The notes beneath the pieces are model-generated. The model was not told the DNA's origin. It made no database searches and was given only the letters and a program-made list of their open reading frames with translations. Source: Chloroflexota bacterium (GTDB lineage: Bacteria > Chloroflexota > Dehalococcoidia > DSTF01 > JACRBR01). From it: a DNA stretch of 64,000 nucleotides. Positions 7,424 to 16,882 of this stretch are shown piece after piece; positions within the stretch are counted from its first letter, which is position 1, and each line of letters opens with the position of its first letter. The stretch is from positions 25,577 through 89,576 of the forward strand of contig JANNPX010000005.1 of assembly GCA_031400455.1 (NCBI GenBank), in the 5' to 3' direction. A program made the translations under genes and the position numbers.

Positions 7424-9079
7424 ATGGCAGAAGTAGACGGCGCAACACTCATTGCCCGCAGCCTCAAGCAGCACGGCATCGAGTACATGTTCGGCATCGT
7501 CGGCGTGCCCGTCGTACCGATTGCGTTTGCGGCGCAGCGCGAGGGCATCCAGTACTTCGGCATGCGGCACGAGCAGTCGGCGTCGTACGCGGCGCAGGCC
7601 GTCGGCTACTTGACCGGACGGCCGGGCGCGTGCCTCGCGGTGTCCGGCCCCGGCATGACCAACGCGATCTCCGGACTCGCGAACGCCTGGTCGAACCGCT
7701 GGCCGATGATCCTCCTCGGCGGCGCGTCCGACATTTCGCAGCACGGCATGGGCGCCTTCCAGGAAGCGCCGCAGGTCGATGCCGCTCGGCCGTGGTGCAA
7801 GTACGCCGCAGAGGTCGACCGCGTCGACCGCATCCCGTACTTCGTCGAGCAGGCCGTGCGCACGTCGATCTACGGTCGGCCCGGGCCGGTGTATCTCGAC
7901 CTCCCCGCGGACGTCATCGGCGGAAAAGTCGACGAAGCAGCCGCGCCGCAACGCCCGCGCGTGCCGGACGCGCCGCGATCGTTCGCCGATCCCGCGTCGG
8001 TCGAAGCCGCGATGGCCGCGCTGAAGTCCGCCGAGCGCCCGCTCGTCATCGTTGGCAAGGGCGCCGCCTACGCGCACGCCGAAGACGAAGTCCGCGCCTT
8101 CATCGAGTCAACGCAACTCCCGTTCCTCGCGACCCCAATGGGGAAGGGCGTGGTGCCCGACGACCACCCGCTGTCCGTGGGCGCGGCGCGATCCTTCGTG
8201 CTGCAGAACGCCGATCTCGTCCTGCTGATGGGCGCGCGCCTCAACTGGATCCTCCACTTCGGACTGCCGCCTCGATTCAACCCCGACGTGCGCGTGATCC
8301 AGATGGACATCGCCGCGGAGGAGATCGGCACGAATGTGTCGACAGAAGTAGCGCTCGTCGGCGACGCGAAGGCGATTACCGGACAACTCAACGGCGTGCT
8401 GCGCGAGCAGCCGTGGCAGTTCGCTGCCGAGAACACGTGGCGCACCGGCATCGCGAAGAAGATCACCGACAACCAGGCGACGACACAAGTGCAATTCGAC
8501 GACGACAGCGTGCCGATGAACTACTACCGCGTGCTGCGTGAGATCCGCGACATCCTGCCGCGTGATGCAATCATTGCGAGCGAAGGCGCGAACACGATGG
8601 ATATTGGCCGCACGGTGCTACCGAACTTCCTGCCGCGCCACCGGCTCGATGCGGGCAGCTTCGGCACGATGGGCGTCGGCCTGTCGTTCGCGATTGCGGC
8701 GCAGGCCGTCAATCCGGGCGCGCGCGTCGTCGCCGTCGAGGGTGACTCCGCATTCGGATTCAGCGGCATGGAAGTGGAAGTGGCGTGCCGGTACGGGATG
8801 CCGATCACGTTCATCATCCTCAACAACAATGGCATCAGCGGCGGGCCGAGCACCATCGATCGATCACGTCCGCTGCTCCCGATGGCGCTGTTGCCGCAGG
8901 CGCGATACGAGAAAGTGATCGAGGCGTTCGGTGGCGATGGCTACTTCGTCGAGACGCCGGACCAGTTGCGCCCGACGCTCGAGAAGGCGTTTGCGAGCGG
9001 CAAGCCCAACGTCGTGAACATCATGATCAACGCGCAGGCGCAACGGAAGGCGCAAGAGTTCGGATGGCTCACGCGGTAG
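7424..9079 (+). CDS. ThDP-dependent 2-hydroxyacyl-CoA lyase / oxalyl-CoA decarboxylase family enzyme
   Basis: FGIVGVPV, MRHEQSA, GAFQE, GDSAFGFSGME...NNNG ThDP motif; HACL1-like C-terminus RKAQEFGWLTR. Confidence 0.9.
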   Translation: MAEVDGATLIARSLKQHGIEYMFGIVGVPVVPIAFAAQREGIQYFGMRHEQSASYAAQAVGYLTGRPGACLAVSGPGMTNAISGLANAWSNRWPMILLGGASDISQHGMGAFQEAPQVDAARPWCKYAAEVDRVDRIPYFVEQAVRTSIYGRPGPVYLDLPADVIGGKVDEAAAPQRPRVPDAPRSFADPASVEAAMAALKSAERPLVIVGKGAAYAHAEDEVRAFIESTQLPFLATPMGKGVVPDDHPLSVGAARSFVLQNADLVLLMGARLNWILHFGLPPRFNPDVRVIQMDIAAEEIGTNVSTEVALVGDAKAITGQLNGVLREQPWQFAAENTWRTGIAKKITDNQATTQVQFDDDSVPMNYYRVLREIRDILPRDAIIASEGANTMDIGRTVLPNFLPRHRLDAGSFGTMGVGLSFAIAAQAVNPGARVVAVEGDSAFGFSGMEVEVACRYGMPITFIILNNNGISGGPSTIDRSRPLLPMALLPQARYEKVIEAFGGDGYFVETPDQLRPTLEKAFASGKPNVVNIMINAQAQRKAQEFGWLTR

Positions 9080-9249
9080 CGTAGAGTTGGCTGCGGCCGG
9101 GCCAGTCCTGTCACGCAGTGACGCGGAACGGTTGCTCCGTTCAGGGCCGTTTGCTACCGTCAATAGAGCAATGCTACTCCGAAGCACGTCAAACGCCGCC
9201 CTCGATTTAGGCGCGAGCGACGGCCCCGATCCAGGAAGGAACATACGAC

Positions 9250-9465
9250 ATGGCTAACGGCGAGATTAAGCGGCTTGTGCGCGACCGCGGCTTCGGATTC
9301 ATTCGGCCGGAAGGCGCATCCGAGGACATTTTCTTCCACGGCTCTGCTCTGCAGGGCGGTATCTTCGACCAGTTGAACGAGGGCCAGACAGTCGAGTTCG
9401 ACACCGAGGCAGACCCGCGCGACCCGAAGCGCAGCCGCGCCATCAACGTGCGCGTCACCGGCTGA
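9250..9465 (+). CDS. Cold-shock domain protein
   Basis: RGFGFI (RNP1), DIFFH (RNP2), 71 aa. Confidence 0.95.
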   Translation: MANGEIKRLVRDRGFGFIRPEGASEDIFFHGSALQGGIFDQLNEGQTVEFDTEADPRDPKRSRAINVRVTG

Positions 9466-9491
9466 GCCGAACCAATAACGGAGCGTCGACG

Positions 9492-9520
9492 AAGGCCCGG
9501 GGCAATTGCTCCGGGCCTTT
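9492..9520 (+). terminator. Intrinsic terminator after csp
   Basis: AAGGCCCGGGGC-AATT-GCTCCGGGCCTT hairpin ending in a short T run. Confidence 0.6.
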
Positions 9521-9550
9521 GCGCCTCCCCGAGAATTGAGATCGAACACC

Positions 9551-10669
9551 ATGGAACACTCGCAAGAGAAACACGAGACGGAGCGCCAGGCGCAGGGTGT
9601 GGAGCCGCTCGAGCCCACGAGCGTCCGCACAAGCCCGACGCGCCAGCGCATCCGCCGCCGGGCCGGATCCGGCGACGCAACGATCGACGCCAGGATCGCG
9701 GACCTGATGGCCGGCATTGAGGTCGAGAACGCGGATCTGCTGCAGGACACGCTCGAGACGGCGTTCCGCATCGCGCGCACCGCCAACCGTGGCGAAGTGA
9801 AGCTCGTACGGCGCTCGCTGCACGAGCTCGGGCGAGCGTTCCGCGTCTTCGCCCCATATCGCGGCGTGCGCAAGGTCAGCGTCTTCGGCTCGGCCCGTAC
9901 GGCGCAGGAAGATGGTGAGTACGCCATCGCGCGCGACTTCGCCTACGAGATCGCGTCGCGCGGATGGATGGTGATCACCGGTGCCGGACCGGGCATTATG
10001 GCGGCCGGGCACGAAGGCGCTGGCAAGCGCAACAGCTTTGGCGTCGGGATCAAGCTGCCAGTCGAGCAGGGCGCCAACAGTTTCATCAGCGGCGATCCCA
10101 AGCTGATCGACTTCAAGTACTTCTTCACGCGCAAGATCACCTTCATGAAAGAGTCGGACGCCTTCGTGCTCCTGCCCGGCGGCTACGGAACGATGGATGA
10201 AGGCTTCGAGCTGCTCACGCTGATGCAGACCGGCAAGACGGCCATCCGTCCCGTCGTGCTGTTGGAGCCGGCGGGCGGTGACTACTGGCAACACTGGATG
10301 GACTTCGTGAAGGCGCAGCTCGTTGACCGAAAGCTCGCCTCGCCTGAAGACCTGTCGTTGTTCGAGTGCGCGAACAACATCCCGGACGCGGTAGCCATCA
10401 TCGAGCGCTTCTACGCGAACTACGACTCGGCGCGCTACGTCGGTGAGCGCCTCGTGATCCGCATGCAGCGCGCTCCATCGCAGGACCAACTCGTCACGCT
10501 GAATAATCAGTTCCGTGATGTCGTCGCCGCCGGCCGCATCGAACTCGTTGCCATTAGCTCAGCCGAGGCGCGCGACGGCGACGGCATCGACCTCGCCCGC
10601 ATCGCTTTCCGCCCGATCCACAACTTCGGCCGCATTCGGCAGCTGATCGACGCGCTGAACACGATCTAA
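9551..10669 (+). CDS. LOG family nucleotide phosphoribohydrolase (TIGR00730-like, long form)
   Basis: VSVFGSART, ITGAGPGIM, FKYFFTRK, PGGYGTMDE. Confidence 0.9.
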   Translation: MEHSQEKHETERQAQGVEPLEPTSVRTSPTRQRIRRRAGSGDATIDARIADLMAGIEVENADLLQDTLETAFRIARTANRGEVKLVRRSLHELGRAFRVFAPYRGVRKVSVFGSARTAQEDGEYAIARDFAYEIASRGWMVITGAGPGIMAAGHEGAGKRNSFGVGIKLPVEQGANSFISGDPKLIDFKYFFTRKITFMKESDAFVLLPGGYGTMDEGFELLTLMQTGKTAIRPVVLLEPAGGDYWQHWMDFVKAQLVDRKLASPEDLSLFECANNIPDAVAIIERFYANYDSARYVGERLVIRMQRAPSQDQLVTLNNQFRDVVAAGRIELVAISSAEARDGDGIDLARIAFRPIHNFGRIRQLIDALNTI

Positions 10670-10712
10670 TCCTCGCCGCCTTGACGGTTGTATGCTGCGT
10701 GGGAGGTGCGCC

Positions 10713-11750
10713 ATGGATACAAGCACGCCGTTGGACGATGTACTCGACCGTTTTGCTACTACGGGGCCGGAGTTTGGCCCCGGGCTTTCGAACCATGGCC
10801 CTATGGTGGCGGAAGCGCTCGTGACGCTCGGCCGCTCCGACGCCATTGCGTCGTGGTCAGACTGGTACGCCGGCGTTCTGGTGGAACACCCTGAAGCCCG
10901 TAACAGGATCGATGGGTCGAACTGGCGCGAAGCGCTCGGCGACATCAAGCGCGCCGGTGACTGGATCTCCTTCTTCGAACGCGAACTGAGCGAGCGAGCA
11001 TGGCGCGAAGTGCTTGAGACGTGGGTCGCGCAACTCGGGCCGGGCATCATGGCCGGCGCGACGCACGGCATCCTGCGCACCGCCCACGCCGTCCGCACGT
11101 TGGATGACGGCGAGAACGCGCCTCGCCTCCACGAACTAGCTGAGGGCCTTGGCTATTGGGCCGCACGCTACCAGGAGTTGCCTGGCGTAGCCGGCGCGTC
11201 GGAGATGCTGCGCGTATCCGCCGCGTTGATGCGGGTGCCGCGCGTCGATCCATCCCGCCGCACCAGCGGCATGATCTTCAACGCAGTCAAGGCGGTAGAT
11301 GCGGCCGAGTTTGGACCAGTCATCAACTTCGTTGCGACCGACGGCGACGTTGGTGCCTATGTGTCCGATTTGACGCGCACGTTCGTTCGCCACTACCTGG
11401 CCAACGCGCAGACGGCCTCGATCTCATTCATCCACTGCGTGACCGCGCCGAGCGCACTGCGCACGTTGGCGCCGCATCTGACCGACGCCACGCGCCAGGC
11501 CGCCATGCGCTACACGTGGCAGGCGTGCGCCTCGATCTACGCCGCGTACTCCAACGTCGTGCCAGATGAGCTGCCGGCGTTCGACGAGCGCGGCGAGTTT
11601 GACGCGGGTGATCTGATCGATCAGGCCGTCGCGGTCCGCGACGAGCACGCCATCAAGTTCACGGAGGCCTGCCTCAAGGAGCATCGCATCACCGGCGATC
11701 CGGCGTTCGTCGTGGCCGCTCAAGACGTGGTCGTACGTCTCCGTCGATAG
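10713..11750 (+). CDS. Questin oxidase family (DUF4243-like) protein
   Basis: LSNHGPM, ATHGILRTAH, GLGYWAA, FIHCVT, DEHAIKF motifs. Confidence 0.8.
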   Translation: MDTSTPLDDVLDRFATTGPEFGPGLSNHGPMVAEALVTLGRSDAIASWSDWYAGVLVEHPEARNRIDGSNWREALGDIKRAGDWISFFERELSERAWREVLETWVAQLGPGIMAGATHGILRTAHAVRTLDDGENAPRLHELAEGLGYWAARYQELPGVAGASEMLRVSAALMRVPRVDPSRRTSGMIFNAVKAVDAAEFGPVINFVATDGDVGAYVSDLTRTFVRHYLANAQTASISFIHCVTAPSALRTLAPHLTDATRQAAMRYTWQACASIYAAYSNVVPDELPAFDERGEFDAGDLIDQAVAVRDEHAIKFTEACLKEHRITGDPAFVVAAQDVVVRLRR

Positions 11751-11941
11751 TCCGTCGGCGCTGCTTGGCGGGCGTTGGCGCGCGCCCGCCGGCATCCCTT
11801 GACGGGCCGCCGCTCCGCTAGACCTAGTGCACGTGGTTATGTACCTTACATCGGCCTCAGGTGCCGGTTTGCGCCTCGTGCTGAACGTCGCACCCTGACC
11901 CGATGTCGTTGAACGCGATTCTGCCCAAGGGAGGGACGAAG

Positions 11942-12736
11942 TTGCATATTGTTGTCCTCGTCAAGCAAGTACCCGACTGGGATATTCCCCCGTCGAGCTT
12001 CAAAGTGGACGAAGCCGCGAAGAAGGTCGTGCCGCCGCAGGGCGTGGCGCCCGTCACGAGCCAGTTCGACGCCATCGCCGCGGAAGCCGCGATGCGGATC
12101 AAGGATGCCGACGCCACCACGAAGGTGACCATCATGAGCATGGGCGCCGCGACAGCCCGAGACGTCATCAAGCAGGGTCTCGCTATGGGTGGCGACGAAG
12201 GCGTGCTGCTCACCGACGATGCCTTCAACGATCTCGACAGCTATGGCGCGTCGGTCGTGCTGAGCGCCGCGATCAAGAAGCTCGGCGATGTCGATCTGGT
12301 CCTGACCGGACGGCAGGCGGTCGACTGGGACTCCGGCGTCACGCCCACACTGATCGCCGGCATGCTCGATGCGCCAGTCGTCACGTTCGCGAAGGCCGTC
12401 AGTGTCGCCTCCGGCAAGGTGACGGTCGAGCGCGTCCTGCCCGATGCGTTCGAGACGGTAGAAGCGTCGCTCCCGGCCGTCGTGAGCGTCAGCAACGAAC
12501 TCGGCGAGCCGCGTTACCCGAAGCTTCCGCAGATCATGGCCGCGGGGAAGAAGCAGGTGACCACGTGGTCCGCCGGTGACATCGGCCTCGATGCCGGCGC
12601 TCTTGGACAGAAGCTCACGCTCGAGGCACTGTACGTGCCGGTCGTAGACACCAAAGTCGAGATCATGGAAGGCGAGACGCCTGAGGATCAGGCGATGGCG
12701 CTGGCGAAGCGCCTCATGGACGCCAAACTGATCTAG
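11942..12736 (+). CDS. etfB: Electron transfer flavoprotein beta subunit
   Basis: MHIVVLVKQVPD, GRQAVDWDSG, EPRYPKL; TTG start after a GGAGGG SD. Confidence 0.93.
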   Translation: MHIVVLVKQVPDWDIPPSSFKVDEAAKKVVPPQGVAPVTSQFDAIAAEAAMRIKDADATTKVTIMSMGAATARDVIKQGLAMGGDEGVLLTDDAFNDLDSYGASVVLSAAIKKLGDVDLVLTGRQAVDWDSGVTPTLIAGMLDAPVVTFAKAVSVASGKVTVERVLPDAFETVEASLPAVVSVSNELGEPRYPKLPQIMAAGKKQVTTWSAGDIGLDAGALGQKLTLEALYVPVVDTKVEIMEGETPEDQAMALAKRLMDAKLI

Positions 12737-12802
12737 ACGAGCTTCACGAAACGTAGCTGACGCCGGTCGCCGAGGCGGCCGCGAGAACGGAGAGCACGCA
12801 AC

Positions 12803-13765
12803 ATGGCAAACGGAGTACTGATTCTCGCTGAGTTGGTCGATGGCAAACTCGCGCCCGTGGTGGCGGAGTTGATCGGCGCGGCGCAGCGTCTTGGTGCAGG
12901 GCCGGTGTCCGCGATGGTGATCGGGTCGGGCGTCGACGCCGCAGCGGGAAGCATCGCCGGGGTCGAGAAGACGTACGTCGTCGATGATGCATCGCTCGCG
13001 GAGTACACGACGGACGGCTTCACGCACGCGGCCGCCGCAGCGGTCGCCTTGGCGGATCCCGCGATCGTCCTGCTCGGCCAGACGAACACCGGCCGCGATC
13101 TGGCGCCGGCGCTCTCGTTCAAGCTCGGCACCGCCGTCGCGATGGACACGACATCGCTCGAGATGAAGGACGGCAAGCTGCACACGACGCGCCCGGCGTA
13201 CGGCGGTAACGCGCGTGCCGTCAACGGCTTCGCGACGAGCCCGGCCGTCGTCACGGTGCGGCCGAAGTCGCAGGACGCCGCGGACGGCGGAAGCGCGGGA
13301 GCGGTGGAGAAGGTCGCGTTCACGCCGACCGCCATCCGAACGAAGGTCATCGACCGCAAGGTTGCGACGTCCGAAGGCGTGCGACTCGAAGACGCGGAGG
13401 TCGTCATCAGTGGCGGCCGCGGTCTTGGCGGCCCGGAAGGCTTCGCCGACATCGAAGCACTCGCGAAAGAGCTGGGTGGCGCCGTCGGCGCCAGCCGCGC
13501 GGTCGCCGACCTCGGCTGGCGGCCAGTCGCCGAGCAGGTGGGCCTGACCGGCAAAGTCGTGAGCCCGACGCTCTACATCGCCGTGGCGATCTCCGGTGCA
13601 AGCCAGCACATGGCCGGCTGCTCCGGTTCCAAGAACATCGTTGCCATCAACAAGGACCCGGACGCGAATATCTTCAAGGCCTCGCGTTTCGGCATCGTCG
13701 GCGACTTCAAGACCGTACTTCCCGCATTCCTCGCCGCCGTGAAGAAGGTGCGCGCAGAGGGATAG
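12803..13765 (+). CDS. etfA: Electron transfer flavoprotein alpha subunit
   Basis: [41 protein letters not shown]. Confidence 0.95.
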   Translation: MANGVLILAELVDGKLAPVVAELIGAAQRLGAGPVSAMVIGSGVDAAAGSIAGVEKTYVVDDASLAEYTTDGFTHAAAAAVALADPAIVLLGQTNTGRDLAPALSFKLGTAVAMDTTSLEMKDGKLHTTRPAYGGNARAVNGFATSPAVVTVRPKSQDAADGGSAGAVEKVAFTPTAIRTKVIDRKVATSEGVRLEDAEVVISGGRGLGGPEGFADIEALAKELGGAVGASRAVADLGWRPVAEQVGLTGKVVSPTLYIAVAISGASQHMAGCSGSKNIVAINKDPDANIFKASRFGIVGDFKTVLPAFLAAVKKVRAEG

Positions 13766-13791
13766 CGTTCAGCACTTTCGAAAATCAGTAA

Positions 13792-13822
13792 AGAAACGGC
13801 GGGCATGTTGCCCGCCGTTTCT
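13792..13822 (+). terminator. Terminator after etfA
   Basis: Perfect 14-bp inverted repeat AGAAACGGCGGGCA-TGT-TGCCCGCCGTTTCT. Confidence 0.75.
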
Positions 13823-13862
13823 CTGTCTCCAACTTAGCGAGTGACTCCACGTCCGGAAGCTG

Positions 13863-14309
13863 ATGGTGTACGTTTCTTCCATGCAAATCGAGATCGAGGC
13901 CGCCGGGGAGATTGCCGAGCGCCAGGAGTTGCTGAACGGCACCGAAACCGTCTCGCTGGAAGGCGAGAGCGCGGACGGTCGCTGGACCCTATCCGGGCTC
14001 GTGACGTGGAACATCGGACTCGTCTCGAACACCGGCGAAGGTGACATAACGCTGATCAGAGATGACGGTGCTGAGCTGTTCGGAACACTCGTCCGCGGAG
14101 ATGTCTCCGAGATTGCCGCTGGTGACGCCGGGTCGGACGGCGGTCACGCCATGCGCCTCGAATACGAGATCGACGGTGGGAGCGGCCTCTTCGAAGCGGC
14201 GACGGGTATCTGCACAGCCTTCGGCACGCTTGCCGCATTCAGCTTCCGCGGAACCTGGAGCGTCACGCTCGACGAGCGCGACCGGCGCGCTCCAAACAAA
14301 AGCTCGTAA
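13863..14309 (+). CDS. Hypothetical beta-rich protein (dirigent/allene-oxide-cyclase-barrel-like)
   Basis: Acidic, Gly-rich beta-strand pattern; IDGGSGLFEAATG resembles the GGTGxFxGAxG motif. Confidence 0.55.
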   Translation: MVYVSSMQIEIEAAGEIAERQELLNGTETVSLEGESADGRWTLSGLVTWNIGLVSNTGEGDITLIRDDGAELFGTLVRGDVSEIAAGDAGSDGGHAMRLEYEIDGGSGLFEAATGICTAFGTLAAFSFRGTWSVTLDERDRRAPNKSS

Positions 14310-14391
14310 CCGATAGGTCAACGCACCTGCGATTACGCGGCGGGAATGTCGAACATCCCCTACAAACAAACGCCGGGAGCAGAACAACCGT

Positions 14392-16830
14392 ATGGTCCGC
14401 TCGAACACCGAAACGCCCAAAGAACCGCCAGCTTCACGGAGCCGTGCGCCGCGCATCGTGGCGTCATTGGCCGCAATCGCGGTATTGCTCGCGGGCGAGG
14501 CTGCACTCGCCGTGTTCTCTCCGTCCCGCCACATCGGGGTTCTCGCCGAAGTGGCGCTGATAACCACAGTGATCGTAGGTGCGACCGCAGCCGTCTGGTA
14601 TCTGGTTGTGATGTCGGCGAGGGCGGAGAGAACGCATCGGTCCCGCTTGCAGCAATTGGCGGACTACGATGAGTTGTCCGGCCTTCACAACTACCGCTAC
14701 CTGCGTCGGGCGCTGCTCGCGGACCTCGAAGAGGCCGCGCGAAACGCGACGCCGTGCGCGGTGATCATGCTCGATCTCAATGACTTCAAGGATGTGAACG
14801 ATCACTTTGGTCACCTGGCCGGTGACGCGTTGATCGCAGCGATTGGGCGCGCGCTGCACGAGGTTGCCGATGGACATGGGACGGTCGCGCGCTATGGTGG
14901 CGATGAATTCACCATCCTGTTGCCGGACACAGATCGGGAACGCGCCACCGCATTCGCGGCACGAGTAGCCCAGGCCATCATGACGGCGTCCGTCTCCGCC
15001 GTGCCGGAGAATCGAAACACAGCGGTGACTGCCTCGTACGGAGTCGCCGTCTTTCCGGAAGATGGAGCAGACGCCGAGTCGTTGATCGCCCGGGCGGACC
15101 GGGCGCTGTACGAGGCGAAGGCCAACACCAGCGAGATCCGGCTGCGGCGCGATGAACGGCATGCACAGGATGTCTTCTTTGCCATCGGCGAAGCCACGGG
15201 GATGTCGCTCGACCCGCAGGAGCTCATCAGGAATCTGGTGACGGGCGTTGGGAAATCGCTCAATCTCGAGTCATGTACGATTTGGCTCGCCCAGGACAAC
15301 GGCGAGATACACGTGTGGTCGTTCTACGTTGCCGATCATGAGCTGGCCGGGCGATTCTCAGCGGTGGAAGAGATGCGAGCTCTCCGTACCGACGAACTCC
15401 ACGAGCGCGGCCTGCTCGGCGAACGATCCGTGTACATCGACGACATCGCCGCTTCAGAAGCGCTCCCGGAGCCGTTTCGCGGGTTATTCGAGCCGGGCGT
15501 CTGGATGATGAGCGCGCCGTTGCCGGGGCCGAGGGCGGGCATGTTGCTGCTGACGGCCAGCCACCTGCGATCTTCGGCCCCGGCGAGCGGTGTCGTTGAG
15601 GCGCTGGCTCGTCTCGCCTCTTCGGCGCTACGGAACGCCGATACGTACGCCCGTGCCAGGGAGCAAGCCGAGCGGCTGGCTGGACTTGCAGGCATCGGCG
15701 GCATGCTGTTCGGTGAAGGTAGCTTCGCAGATCGGGCTGACGCCGTCGTGCGCAAAATCGTCGAAGTAACGGGCTTCGACAGCGTCACGCTGGACACGGC
15801 GGATCCGGTGGATGCCGATGCCATCCTCCGGAGCTTCGAGGGCCGTAGCAATCAGGGCGGCCCGGTCGGTGACGTGTCCACGCGGCCGACTCTCAGCGAT
15901 CCCACCGTCGTGGAGTTCCTTCAGAAGATCCCTGACCCGATCATCATGTACGACCCGGTTAATGAGGTGGGGGACGTCTACCGCCACGTGATCGTCGCCG
16001 GGGAGATCAAGATGTCGGTCGTGATGCCTGTTGTCTGGCAGGGCGAGCTGAAAGGCCTGTTCTACTTCGCCAGCTATACCGAACGCGGATTCCACGAAGA
16101 CGATATTGCGCTCATGCAGACCCTCGCGGCACAGCTCGCGCCGTCGCTGCAGGTGGCGACACTGCACGCCGATCTCGAACGATCGTACGAGGATCTGAAG
16201 GACTCGCATCGCGATGCCATCCTGCGGCTGGCCTACGCAGCGGAGTCGCGCGATCCGTACACGGGCCGTCACCTGCAACGCATCGGTGCGCTGGCGGAGG
16301 AGATCGCGCGGCGCGTCGGGCTGGACGATGATGCGGTCGAGGCTGTGGGCTACGCAGCGATCGTCCACGATCTTGGCAAGCTACGCATCCCCGACGCCGT
16401 GCTGATGAAGCCCGGCGAACTCAGCCCCGATGACTGGGTCGCGATGATGAAGCACCCGGAGTACGGTGCAGACATCCTCGGCAGCGGAGCCTTCTACGAT
16501 CTTGCGCGCGAAGTGGCGCTGCACCACCACGAGCGCTGGGATGGCTCCGGCTACCCCTTCGGCCTGCAAGGCGAGGCGATACCGCTGGCGGCTCGAATCG
16601 TCATGGTGTCCGACATCTACGATGCATTGATCAGCGCCCGGCCATACAAGCCGGCGTGGCCCACGCTGAAGGCGATCGCCGAACTGGAACACATGAGCGG
16701 TGTGAAGCTCTGTCCGTCGGCCGTGGCGGCGTTTGTTGACATGTGGCGCGACGGTACCGTCGCACGTATCGAGGAGGCCACGGAGGACGCCAGCTTCGAG
16801 TCGGACTTCCGCGAGCGCTGGGCCGCCTGA
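14392..16830 (+). CDS. Membrane-anchored diguanylate cyclase/phosphodiesterase (2TM-GGDEF-GAF-GAF-HD-GYP)
   Basis: DLNDFKDVNDHFGH, RYGGDEF; HDLGK, HHERWDGSGYP, ARPYK; two GAF-like segments between the catalytic domains. Confidence 0.9.
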   Translation: MVRSNTETPKEPPASRSRAPRIVASLAAIAVLLAGEAALAVFSPSRHIGVLAEVALITTVIVGATAAVWYLVVMSARAERTHRSRLQQLADYDELSGLHNYRYLRRALLADLEEAARNATPCAVIMLDLNDFKDVNDHFGHLAGDALIAAIGRALHEVADGHGTVARYGGDEFTILLPDTDRERATAFAARVAQAIMTASVSAVPENRNTAVTASYGVAVFPEDGADAESLIARADRALYEAKANTSEIRLRRDERHAQDVFFAIGEATGMSLDPQELIRNLVTGVGKSLNLESCTIWLAQDNGEIHVWSFYVADHELAGRFSAVEEMRALRTDELHERGLLGERSVYIDDIAASEALPEPFRGLFEPGVWMMSAPLPGPRAGMLLLTASHLRSSAPASGVVEALARLASSALRNADTYARAREQAERLAGLAGIGGMLFGEGSFADRADAVVRKIVEVTGFDSVTLDTADPVDADAILRSFEGRSNQGGPVGDVSTRPTLSDPTVVEFLQKIPDPIIMYDPVNEVGDVYRHVIVAGEIKMSVVMPVVWQGELKGLFYFASYTERGFHEDDIALMQTLAAQLAPSLQVATLHADLERSYEDLKDSHRDAILRLAYAAESRDPYTGRHLQRIGALAEEIARRVGLDDDAVEAVGYAAIVHDLGKLRIPDAVLMKPGELSPDDWVAMMKHPEYGADILGSGAFYDLAREVALHHHERWDGSGYPFGLQGEAIPLAARIVMVSDIYDALISARPYKPAWPTLKAIAELEHMSGVKLCPSAVAAFVDMWRDGTVARIEEATEDASFESDFRERWAA

Positions 16831-16882
16831 CCTCACCACGCCGCCAGTTTGCTGACCCGGCAGCCTCGCACGACAATGCACT

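Noticed and set aside
14310-14391. c-di-GMP riboswitch or sigma28 promoter before the GGDEF/HD-GYP gene
   Set aside because: The GGCAAA...GACGCAAAGC core is absent, and CCGATAG lacks a correctly spaced TAAA -35.
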